64,000 bases of DNA from Trichoplax adhaerens (taxonomy: Eukaryota > Animalia > Placozoa), in NCBI RefSeq assembly GCF_000150275.1, contig NW_002060954.1:1116001-1180000 (forward strand). The letters are read 5' to 3'. Of this stretch, positions 1-11,508 are shown piece by piece (position 1 is the stretch's first letter; each line of letters opens with the position of its first letter). Both the position numbers and the translations under genes were made by a program. The notes under the pieces are model-generated. The model saw only the letters and a program-made list of their open reading frames with translations, ran no database searches and was not told the origin of the DNA.

Positions 1-458
1 ATATTCTTATCGTACACGGTAAAATGTATTTACAACGGTAAATACATTATACGACAATATGCCTCATTCTAAATAGTGCAATACAATTTTATGATCGCGG
101 CCCAAATACAAAGTCCTATACTGTCTAAGTTATGTATTATGATGTGTTTTTATACAAATACTTAAAAGTTATGTAGTGAATCAATATTAAGAATACTAAA
201 ATGAGCTATCTTACATAATTATGACTATATAAAGTCTTGCCTAAGCAACTCACTTTAATATTATGGAAATACGTGTATATTGCACCACATATAACTCGTG
301 AATCCTGCAGTCTTGTCGTTATGCATTAGTGTCTGCAGAGACCACCTGATCTATAATATCAGCTTTACTATATTATTGGAGATGTTTATTATTGATTAGA
401 AATAAATTTTTTGAGAATTAAAGCGAATTTATCCTACATTCGTCTAATTTTCGTGCAG

Positions 459-1946
459 CTATGAGAGAATGCAAAGACTTCGCCAGCTAAGGTGGGAATT
501 AGGGAGTGTATTGCCTGCTCATGTTAGAGATAACCTGTGCGAATTGGAGGTAAAAGTATTTTAGCTAGATATTTTAATCCTTTATTACTTCTGATCATTT
601 TTTATGTACATGCTCAATTACGATATGATGAGTAGTGCTTCAATGTCAACCGTGCTTAACTTATATAAAAGTATAGTCTCCACCAATTCTACAATCGTGC
701 GAGAATATAATTCTTGCAAGTTTTAAATTAAAATACAACGATCTTATTATCATTATTGTGAACTATATAACTGGGTGAAATTTTGGAACTATGTGTTACC
801 CAAGTATAATGTAACTACATTAGCAATGTAATACTGCACAGCAGTGCAATATACCAATAATAGGCGTCAGATTTATATCTATTGTAAAGCTAAACAGTTA
901 TAATTTCTGATTACAATCCGATATGTTATATCTGCATACAATCTTTAACCATGTGGCACTATTTCATATTAAATAGGGACGTTAAACCTCTAAGTAAAAT
1001 AGATACGTAATCATGTAACTATTGTCTTTCAGGATTGTAGCGTGATTGATGCTTTCTATTTCTAATGGTATCATACTATTCTCATGCTTCGTTTCTAACA
1101 TGATGCAGTCACAGTATGCCAGCATAAGTAAGCTGGCATACCCTGAGCTTGATTGTTATAATTCTGCACTAATAGCTACATTTTTTACTTTTTAATTACT
1201 AGAAACAATGGTTCACGAATTACAGTAAGTCTCTTGTGAAGTATATGAGATCATTTGGTGATATTGGATTGGATTTAACCCAAGTAAATACATTAAGTAT
1301 ATTAACTATTTACTATACTCTATCTATAAAGTGTAAAGCATATAATTACGAATTATTAAGTAAGTTAAAATTTGTCTTTAGGACTTAAAGCCGCCAAAGT
1401 CTGTGTTTATTGAGGTAATCTAGTCCTGCAGTTTTCAACCTCATATATTACAATCCTGCATGGATGTCAATATTTACGCCTAATGTATGAATTGTTTCAG
1501 GTGCGATGCCTACAGGACTATGGTGAATTCGTAACAGATGATGGTGATGTTATATCATTAAAAAGAAATACACAGGTATGACTTGGAATTTAACTTGATA
1601 AGGTTCGGTAAATGCTCACTCAATTTCTGATTTGTGAACATTGGCGTAAGACCTACTGTGCTATCAAGATCATGACTATTTCGTATTACAGTTGTGCTTG
1701 CATATGAATTTGATGATTACTAGTACGTATATAAAGTATCTATAAACTACTACACACTCATTATGTAATATCTTGTCGTCATATACGGGTAAGTTCCTGT
1801 GTACTATCTGTATCATACGTATGTAACTTATTTTCGCAAGAGCATTATGATTCATTGAATATTTAAAATTTTAATTACAGCATTATATGAGACGGTCACA
1901 ATGTGAGCATCTGATAAGGCAAGGAATACTGGAACACATTAATTGA
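459..1946 (+). CDS. GINS1: GINS complex subunit 1 (PSF1), 3' part only; exons 459-549, 1203-1283, 1382-1414, 1501-1575, 1881-1946; 5' exons lie before the window
   Basis: Spliced translation YERMQRLRQLRWELGSVLPAHVRDNLCELE/KQWFTNYSKSLVKYMRSFGDIGLDLTQ/DLKPPKSVFIE/VRCLQDYGEFVTDDGDVISLKRNTQ/HYMRRSQCEHLIRQGILEHIN* matches the PSF1 C-terminal half (LRWEYGSVLP, PPKSLYIEVRCLKDYGE, CEQLIRQGVLEHI). All junctions are GT-AG and in phase. Confidence 0.93.
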
Positions 1947-2423
1947 AGAAAATGCGAATTTGTAATTATACAATTCATGTCATATTGAATTTCTTTATCA
2001 ATTTCTACTTAACTTTTTTCTTATACACTTCAAAAGTTGGTATACGAAATTTATTCGTAGTTGTATTGATAAGTTTGATTTCTATGCTTTGGTACTAAAC
2101 TTTATTAAGTCCTTCACATTTATTAATCCAACATGACTGTAACGTTGTAAATAAGAAACATGATATGAAAATTACTTGGTATCAGTAATTTAATAATAAG
2201 TAAACAGCACAGATCTTTCGTCAAAATATCATTGGTCAGGCTGCGGGTTAGAATAAGTAACATTTTAAAATTCACTTTGAACTTGTAAGGATAACTATAT
2301 TGTTCGAGATAATTTTCTTCCCTAAGTAATATAATCTAACTTAATAAACAATTTTCCACGTGTGGACCGTTGATAAATGAGCAATTATTTATAAACCAGG
2401 TTCATAACTATTTTCAAAATAAA

Positions 2424-5400
2424 TTAAATTTCCCAAGAGCTAAGCCATCTAATCCACGTATAACGACTATTCAGCATATCGCCTTTCGGTCCAGACATTC
2501 CATACGTTAAGGAACGGAAGATAACGAAACTAAAAAGTTTAATGTTTAAATTATTGCTGAGTTAATGACGCAAGTAACCCTTATTTAAAATACTCATAGT
2601 CACCTGCTAATAATAACCAAAGCTACACCAGTATATACGATCTTGAAAAAAAACAACTTATTCTCTTGAGTCGATAGTCTTGCTCCATAGCTTTCAATTA
2701 GGTAATATAGAAAGATTCCTAAAAACGGAAAATTATGAAACTTAAAGCTACCTCCATAATTCTGTAAATTGAGGTCATTTCGGCTTACACGTACCGGTTA
2801 TCATACAACTGTACAAATAAGAAGGGAAGTAATGGTGAAAGTATAAAACTCTTCCCATTAAATAAAAAGGAATATAATGGGTCGCCCATCCAAGATATAA
2901 CCACCAGCAAGAAGAAAATAATTTCGTTCGCAGTTCTGATAAATTTTTAAAGCTCGTTAGTGCAGTTATATGTATTTTCTCTAGTTTAGCCTTTAAAAAT
3001 TCTTAAAATCAGTTAGTTACCATTCTGATCTTGACAACCTCGTTGGCACCTTATTGCATGATACAAGTAGCCAAATGGAAAGCTTATCAGCACTATTAGG
3101 TTTGTCCACCAAAGTACCTAATAAGTATGTAGTACCAAATTGTATTAACGTTAGCGGATATAGAATACGAGTCGTATATAATGGAGCTTCACAGCTAGTC
3201 CTAAAAATAGCTGCTAAGCAAATAACGTTTAAAGCGGTAATTACTTACTGGGTTACCAAGTAAGTATATTCTAAAATCACCTCCGGAAAAGTGCTGACCC
3301 TGCATTAAATTTTGAAATAAGGAGGAATAATTAATTAATGCAGACAATACAATCAAGGATAATCGTAGATTAAGGATACCTTATATGTGATTGGCCAATG
3401 CCAAGGTTGTGAGGTATATTCTCCTTCTTTAGGTTTGAGATTAGAATTTCCCTAGAAAGACAATAATTTATATTTTACTTCTCTGTATAAATTGTAATTA
3501 AAGTATTTTATAATCTTATTCATGCATGTGTATTTCTATTATTACTTTCAAGTACATCGTTACCTGTAGCATAACAAAATGAGACTCCAAAAACTTTTGA
3601 TAAGTGGAAGCCTTGTGTACATCTGAGTCATCAACCGATACTTATAGCGTAATTAAAAATAATGCATTGAGTTAGTTAGTGCAACTGCATGCATTAATTC
3701 GCTGTATAATTTCTTACATCGAGGATTCTGGTGGCCTTCAATATTCCAAAGGTTGTTTTTATGCTTAATTTTTGGGTTACACGTAACCTCCATTTGTTCC
3801 CAACCCCTGAAATGGATAAGATATCATACTTTAGGACATGATATATTGTAAGACTATTTTTACGAAGAAAATTATAAAAGACTGATATCACTGCTATATA
3901 GTAGTATTTCATGATTCTTAATTATAATTTAAAAATAATTGTCTGTTATAAACAAAAGGATTTATGTTGACCATTTCGGTAGTTGTTTTTCGTGCGAATG
4001 CAAAGCACACTTGACATTGTAATGTACAAAGCGAAGAATAGATTTCACGATAGAAATTTTACTCCCAATTTCGGCATTAGTCGCGTGTATCACCCAGTAG
4101 TCATTATCATCTCCTGTTCCATTCTAAATAAGACGATCCAATAGTAAATAGAATTTAGGATGATATATTACTGTCACTCATATATTATTAGTAACGGTTA
4201 CTTACATTTCCATAGCAAGTTACTTGATAGTGTCTTTTAGTAACTGGAGCTCTCTCTAGATGACTGTGCAGGTTACGTTTAGTTCTACAATAACGATAAA
4301 AATTTATAATATAAAGACCTTGTTACCTCTATATCTTCATACTATCAAGCTGTCAAATTAGTAAAACAATAGCATCGACAGCAATATTTAATAACGTTAG
4401 ATACCGTACTTACTGAACATGTTCTAATCTGATAATGTCGCCATTTTTAACGTACTCTAACGATTGTTGATCGCCTATTGTATCAACAGTAATTAATATC
4501 TTGTAAGTATAAGATCTCAAATTTATTATACAAATTATAGTTTCGTATAGCATAAACTTACTATAACTGGCGTTATGTTTCTTAATCATAAAAAGGTTAT
4601 TTTCGTCTTTGTGAGAATATGTAGTAACCTATTATATATAATTGGAGTAAGCACGTAGTTTTACATAAAAACTAAGCAAATATTATACATGCGTATGATA
4701 TATCGGTACGTAAGAATAAACCTGTTGTTGCTGCATTTTGGCAACTGTGGGTGGATATAAGTGTGGGTGTGAATGCAATAAAGCTCCTCCACTTCGGTAA
4801 TTTCTTATTGTAACTACTGAGCCATACGCAACATCTATCATTATAGAAATTAATGAATTATTAAAAATAATTATTATGGATGTTTTTCTATTGCTGTTAA
4901 TATTTTGTATTAAAACCATTTCTGAAATATTTTAATAGAATGGGGAGCGCTTAATTATTAGAGTAAAAATTACATGTGGGCAGTTTGACGTCGTAAAGGT
5001 CGTTTCCTTTCAAAGTGGCTTGAAATGAGGAGCTGTAAAATCCATCACCTTTGCCACTACACAGATGGATAAATCGGAAAGGTGATAAAATATATTACTA
5101 CTTTCAGAAATCTAGCTCATTTCACACGTTCATCAATGACAAAGTACTACAATCACACAGTTATTTCTAAATATCCGAAGAAAGGTGTAATTTTTTCGTA
5201 TTATCACCCAAATAAATGATTAGCTAATATTACCTTTTGTGAAGTACTTTTAAATGAATTACAAATAACAAGGAATATACCAATAAGGGAATCAGGATTA
5301 AGCACACTGCTCTGGCCAAAAAGTGTTTAATCAGGTCAACCTGTTATTGAACAGCATCGATAAACAAGCCAGTAAAATTAAATAACAGTAACTTTTACAA

Positions 5401-8295
5401 CTGTTGATAGTATATTTACAAATCGATCGATATTGATAGCGATAGCAATAAAGTGTACCATTGACAGATTTAAATCTCCGAATAATCTCCATAAATCCAT
5501 TACTGTTGAATAACCGGTAAACAGGATAACAAATAGGCCAACAAATTTTACGCTGTATAATAAAAAATAATTAATTTTTTATTACATTACGGAAATTCAT
5601 TTATATGCATGTTCCACAACGAAAGTTTCTAACCTAATTGCACATCCTAACGAAACGCCGGTTAAAGATAGCCATAACCACCATGACAATGAATAAGGAC
5701 TATAGTAATTTATAGCAACAATTACTGATCGCATATCAATCTACACGATCCATGAAATGCAGAATTTATACAAAATGATATGAAAGTGTTTTCTTTTACC
5801 GATTTTTAGTGTTTAAAAATTTGATACCGAAATAGGTTGACGACATGATATAGAATAATAAAATCGGATCCAGTAAGATATAACGTGATAGTGTAATAGT
5901 ACCATGATCTGTTGGAATTATCATAATAGAGAATTAAATTTGAACATTTAAATTGCACGTATGTTATGATGATAACTTAGAAGGGCATTTTACTTCTAGA
6001 TTTTTGAAATTATTAATTAATACTATAATAGATATTGTAAATGTTTAGCAATATCAACGTTATTACCGAATATAGCAAATAGAGATGCAAGGCATGAAGC
6101 TTCGACTGATTGACTTAATTCCCAGGTAATAAGGTAAACGAAAGCAACAAAGAAACATCCTAAAATTGCACAGAACTAATTCGAATAGTAAATGGTTATT
6201 TATTATTTAAAGAGCTAATAATTAAAATTTTTTACTTTTCATCGAGCCGAAACTATGTATGATTGAATATGTAAGATGATTTAATTTAATACTTACATAT
6301 CTCATACCCATGACAAGGTGTCCATTAAACTTGTCTCCAGGCTTATCAAAGGCGAAGGTTCCGTTATAGCCTGTTAAGTAACCAATTAGGCCTATCGACA
6401 TCTAAATACAATTCAAGTAGAAAGTATTTAGAGTATACCTAACAAAGTCTATCATTCAATGATATCATCTGAAATGATAAACAAAATATACAATACATTC
6501 TCAAGAAATTTAATTAATCTTGTAAAATCTTTTACTATTTAATATTCGTACTAGGTTACCTTGCCGAGAGGTGGATGAACGTCGAAAAAGAACGTTCGAT
6601 TAATATACCAACTACCGTGCTTACCAAAATGGGCTTCGTCCCAACTGTGAATTATTCATTAAGTAGAATGAATTAATAAACTTTGAAAGGAATATAAGAA
6701 AGTAGTAATAATTGATAAGCAATCGTTGTGTTGATAGAATTTCGTGTGGGGTAAACATTTAAGAAAGTTAGTAATTTACAACTACAAAGTTTTATAAACG
6801 TTGGATACATTGTAATAACTTCAAATTTATATTGCTATAACGACTATACAGTGCAATTAGTGTATATTCGCATACGTGTACCGTGTACTCATAGACGTTA
6901 AGTCAGGTATCATACAGTAGTATGACAAATCGTCAATTTACCAATTACATATTTTAGCCTTATAATATGCTTTACGGGTTAATTAATTTTAATTACTAAA
7001 AATTATCCACAATAAGAAGTGTGTGTAGAGCATTTACATGTATAACAGCTTGTGCATACAATTTAATTAATGTGAATAATTATTTTATTGAATTCATCAT
7101 ATCACAGATGTTTAAAGATCTTCTGATGTTGAATCAGTCTGCAGTGTGATGACAATAACGGTATAGTGCCTTTATTGTAAGATTAGTTACATTCACTTAG
7201 AGATGTTTTTATTTGATACTTTCAAGAAGTTTAGGCTGAATCAGGTCTAACAGCAATGATATTCCCTTTTGACGCTCATCAAAGACCATAGTACTAACAT
7301 AATATTATGTCAGTCTGAGATGTATTGTATGACTTGTAAAACAACTTCAATCATGAGTTGTATTCGTAAGCAAACTTATTCCCTAAAATAGGTGTTGCTA
7401 CTGTTTAATCTGTCTATAACAACTGAATTTCTTCTCTTCAGTCAGTACAAGCTTCAAGAGATTGGCATTAGGCACGTTTTATCTACTAAAATACATGAAT
7501 TAAACTGATACAGCATCATAGATTGGTCTACGATCATTAATTTAGCGGCAATCCTTTCTGACTGTGAATGCTATTATATGAAAGTAGAATATTACGACAA
7601 GCAGTAGTCTTTTTCTAATAGCTTGTAATTGTGAAAGTGAAAAAAATTTGGCCATGATTTTTCCTTACTGTATCCTAGTTACAATTTGCACTTAGTTGGC
7701 TACATGGTATCCATGATAACTGATCTTGATACTGTTGTATCCTACGAAATATGGTATTTATTTATAAGATGGGTGGCCTATAACTGTCTAGTAATCAATT
7801 TTGAAATCTGATCAGTAGTGATCTCTAAAATAACTATAAAAGTTTGACAAGGAATCCACTGGACTGCGCAGAATAGCACAATTTAAAATTTGTCATGATC
7901 AGTCAATCTCATAGAATATTTTACGAGTATATCTACCACTATGTGGAATAGTTTCATTGGCACTTTTGGGAATAGCATAAAAGAGATGGTGCGTAGGATT
8001 AGTTATTTCTATGTACCGGACCGATAACTTTAAAATTTCAAAGAGCAATCAAGTCTGTTCCAGGATTATGGAGAGATGTACTCTTATATCGTATCCAATT
8101 TTTTGTCATTGAATTTATACATAGATGCCATTTATCTTACCAGACATGTTGCGGTTCATCTAACTTATAAAGTCTTGTCGAACAGGTTAATAAACAAACC
8201 AGAAGAAAGCAGATAACAGGTAGATATTTACGGACATAACCAGGTTCAGTCTTTTCCTTGGCAGTTCCACGAGTGTCTGTTTTCTCCATTTTCAT
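2424..8295 (-). CDS. POMT2: Protein O-mannosyltransferase 2, about 22 exons (first 8295-8141, second 6644-6560, last 2529-2424)
   Basis: Minus-strand exons translate to [41 protein letters not shown] (catalytic DE motif), [21 protein letters not shown]-domain [21 protein letters not shown] and [14 protein letters not shown], then [15 protein letters not shown] and C-terminal IRWLSSWEI*. These are POMT2-type motifs. Stop at 2426-2424. Confidence 0.95.
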
Positions 8296-8412
8296 CCAAT
8301 GTGTTAAAGTTAGATACTGCAGGAGCAACCTTAATTGTGATCGTTACAACCGAGGATAACAATGAACTTCTACCAGCATGTAGGCTCCCTATAACCAATA
8401 ACCATGGCAATA

Positions 8413-8777
8413 TACAGTACGTCTAGTACAGTACTGTACAGTACGTCCAAGCCTAGCGATAATAGTGTACAGTACCGTACCATACAGTGTACAGTACATA
8501 CCATACAGTACAGTACAACACTGAATACTGTAGAGGCCAGTTTGAGCAGTCGCAGTAGTGACAGTCCTACAGTACAGTGTAACTTGTTCTGCTAAAAGAA
8601 GTCCTGTACTGTACAGGTCTGGTGTACTGTACACTGTACACTGTACACTCAGTGCACAGTATGGATGGAGTCCTGGTGGTGTCAAGAGATTCAGGGTGTT
8701 TTGTACTGTACCGTGTACAGTATGTGTACTGTAGATGTTAGAAGACAGATTTGCAACTACTGTACTGTACATGTACA
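8413..8777. repeat. Degenerate TACAG/CTGTA pentamer array with TACAGTACTGTA and TGTACA palindromes, just upstream of the POMT2 start
   Basis: Directly visible, e.g. tacagtactgtacagtac, tacagtacagtac, gtactgtacactgtacactgtacac. Confidence 0.85.
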
Positions 8778-10171
8778 TAGTAAGTACATGATCTGTAAAA
8801 TTCAACCGACAGACAACACCTAAAACGTCTCAGAATATATATTTCAACACCCAAGAACTCTCTTTCTTCCACGATGTACTGCCATGATACTTTTGCAATA
8901 CTTTATGAGCCCTAGTTAGTTGAGTACACTTACTGTAGCTTTGAAGTCTTGCAATGAAATTCAAAGTCTGGCCGCACATATCGCTATCGCTACCTACTGT
9001 TTTACGAACACTACGCGTAGACGTCTAATGACTAATACAAGATAATCAGATTATTGTGCATTATATTGTACGTATTGATGCAGTACACACCTCTACTCTA
9101 TGCGTATTCTCGAGTTAATTACAATCACAGTGATTGGAAAACACTGAAAAAGACGCTCAGGAATTTGAATCAGGTCTATAGACCCATTAGCTAACTTCAA
9201 TTTTAAGATACATCATACATGTACGTATAGAAAATAAATTATCCACATTTTGCTTAAAAAACTGCCTACTGACTCAAGAATGAAATTAAAAAATTTTTCT
9301 TATCATTATTATACGAGTTGACTTTCAACTTTGAAGACTTTGATTTCTCGTTATAAGGAAATGAATGAATTTCATACTAAAAATTCGTGTACTGTAGCTC
9401 GAATAAAACTTCTTATCGGTCAATTCACAAAACGACATGTACATTGTACAGTAAGACTATGTCGTAAATGTGTACCTTTATATTATATAATTGCTAATAT
9501 GATTTGGAGCAGCTACTGCTATAAACTAATCAACTGGCTTTCCTTCATTACATGCGAATAATGCAATACAGGTTATCAAGGCAAACATTTATTTGGGTAT
9601 TCAAATATGTAGACACATTGGTAGATAGAGTTCAGTAGCAAGGAATACGTCGCTTATCCAAGAGGTGAACTGCATAGTACATACCGTACTGTACCGTATA
9701 CATTCGACGTGCGTAGATGATTAATCGTAAGTCAGAAAGGAGTGGTTGCTTCCAGCGAAGATCTTTCTTGCTGTTTTTTTTTTTGGCATTCCGTTCATTT
9801 GTGAACGGGCATACACGTAAACAGTTAGTAATACACTTTAATTTAGCTGCATAGTGAATAGGCTTTCAGGCCTAACAGACCGTACTACACACGTTCTTGT
9901 TGACCGAGTAGTACAGTAAGTAGAAGGTCTTCGTCTATAACATAAATGGTATAGCAAGCGTATTGGCCTTGTTACTTTTACTTTTAAGCATCCTGTGATT
10001 TGAAAACTTTCGTACAACCTTGATGTGACGTAAATAAGCTTCTACTTGGACTGGCGTTTCGATCCTGATCTGATCATGTGATGGATGGTGTGATTATGCT
10101 ACAATTTCTGCATTTATTTGTTTGTTTACTTATGCAAGTGCTCCACCTTTTTTTCTGAAGTCCTTATTACA

Positions 10172-10247
10172 TACAGTACTGTACTGTACTTATTAGATAC
10201 CCGTACTGCTGTACTGTACTGTACACTATCCAAGTGATGTACAGTAC
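10172..10247. repeat. TACAG/CTGTA array in the POMT2-SPTLC2 intergenic region
   Basis: tacagtactgtactgtact...gtactgtactgtacac...gtacagtact. Confidence 0.75.
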
Positions 10248-10854
10248 TTTAGTTTGTAGAATGAGAAAGTTATTAAAGTGATTCTGATTTATGTCGTAAA
10301 CAGAAAGGAAGCCTGGGAGTTTTTCCTTCCAAAGAAAGGTACCAGTGTCCAAGTAGACATTGTACGTACATTTACTATTCAACCGCTAAACACGGATTAC
10401 AACATGCAGTACTGTACATACATCTGCATAGCCTACGTGATAATATGATGACAACAGCGGAATTTACATATTCAAAGTTAAAGTTTATCTAATCAAGTTG
10501 GAGCAGACAGCATTATACCGCCTATGCCGCCTATACGACTACGATTTGTTTTTGTCGCATCATACAGGACGTAAAAAAATTTCGGCGGTTGCAATATGGC
10601 GTACAGTATAATAGCGAATTTTAGAAGAATAACGGTACACCATCAATCGCCAAAATAAGCGGTTAACAACATTTATTTGCAGAAAATAAACTGCACAAAC
10701 ATATTCATGAAGTCTTCGTCTATCTACACGTATAAAATTTCAAAGAATCAGGTCTAAAACCAAAGATATTTTTATTCACTGACTTGTCTGAAAAGAGAGG
10801 ACTCGTGCTGTACACTACAGATGTTGATCATATGGATCCCATTTACTCCGAGGC

Positions 10855-11220
10855 TACAGTACTGTACAGTACAGTATCATAGCAGCCTGAAAACTACAGT
10901 AGTGTACAGTACAGTACAGTACAGTATACTGTAGTACTGTACTGTACACTGTACAGTATGGTAGTTTGTACGCTGCACTGAGTGCGCAGGTGCGCCACCC
11001 ACCGGCATCGTACTGTAAAATCGAATGATGGCCGTCATCGCCGTTATCAGGTGATGTCCGAAAATACAATACAGACTCCCAGAACTGTACAGTACTTGAC
11101 CATTTCCTTAGTGATCACTGGACAAAGCTTTTTCTGTGGCTTCACAATGATTGTAAGCTCGTGATTAAGCATATGACCATGCAAATAAGGTGCTGTATTG
11201 TACTGTACTGTACTGTACTG
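10855..11220. repeat. TACAG/CTGTA array upstream of SPTLC2 (dense at 10855-10958, plus 11200-11220)
   Basis: tacagtactgtacagtacagt, gtacagtacagtacagtacagt, gtactgtactgtactgtactg. Confidence 0.85.
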
Positions 11221-11508
11221 TTGTGTATTGATCGATTTTAATCATTTTAAAACGCAACCCAGTAACTGTTGCTTTTGGCAAATCTCGCTCTGCTCGTTAG
11301 CCGCACCTAGCCCAATTGACGGTTAATTTAATTTCAACGCAGTTTTTGAAGTGTAAAGACTTTCGTATTTTAGTAACGACGTCGTTTTTGGTATAGTAGA
11401 GAACACATTACTATTGCTTAACTATTTGAAAGAGCAAAAGCCAACGTTTTCATGCTTGTATATTGCAAGTGGTAACTCCCTACAATAGTCATCAGGTGAC
11501 TTCCGATC

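Noticed and set aside
9990-10140. Possible snoRNA or snRNA (CATCC...GGATG stem; AATTTCTG Sm-like site before a hairpin)
   Set aside because: No canonical box C and no recognisable snRNA sequence; the stems are short enough to occur by chance in AT-rich DNA.
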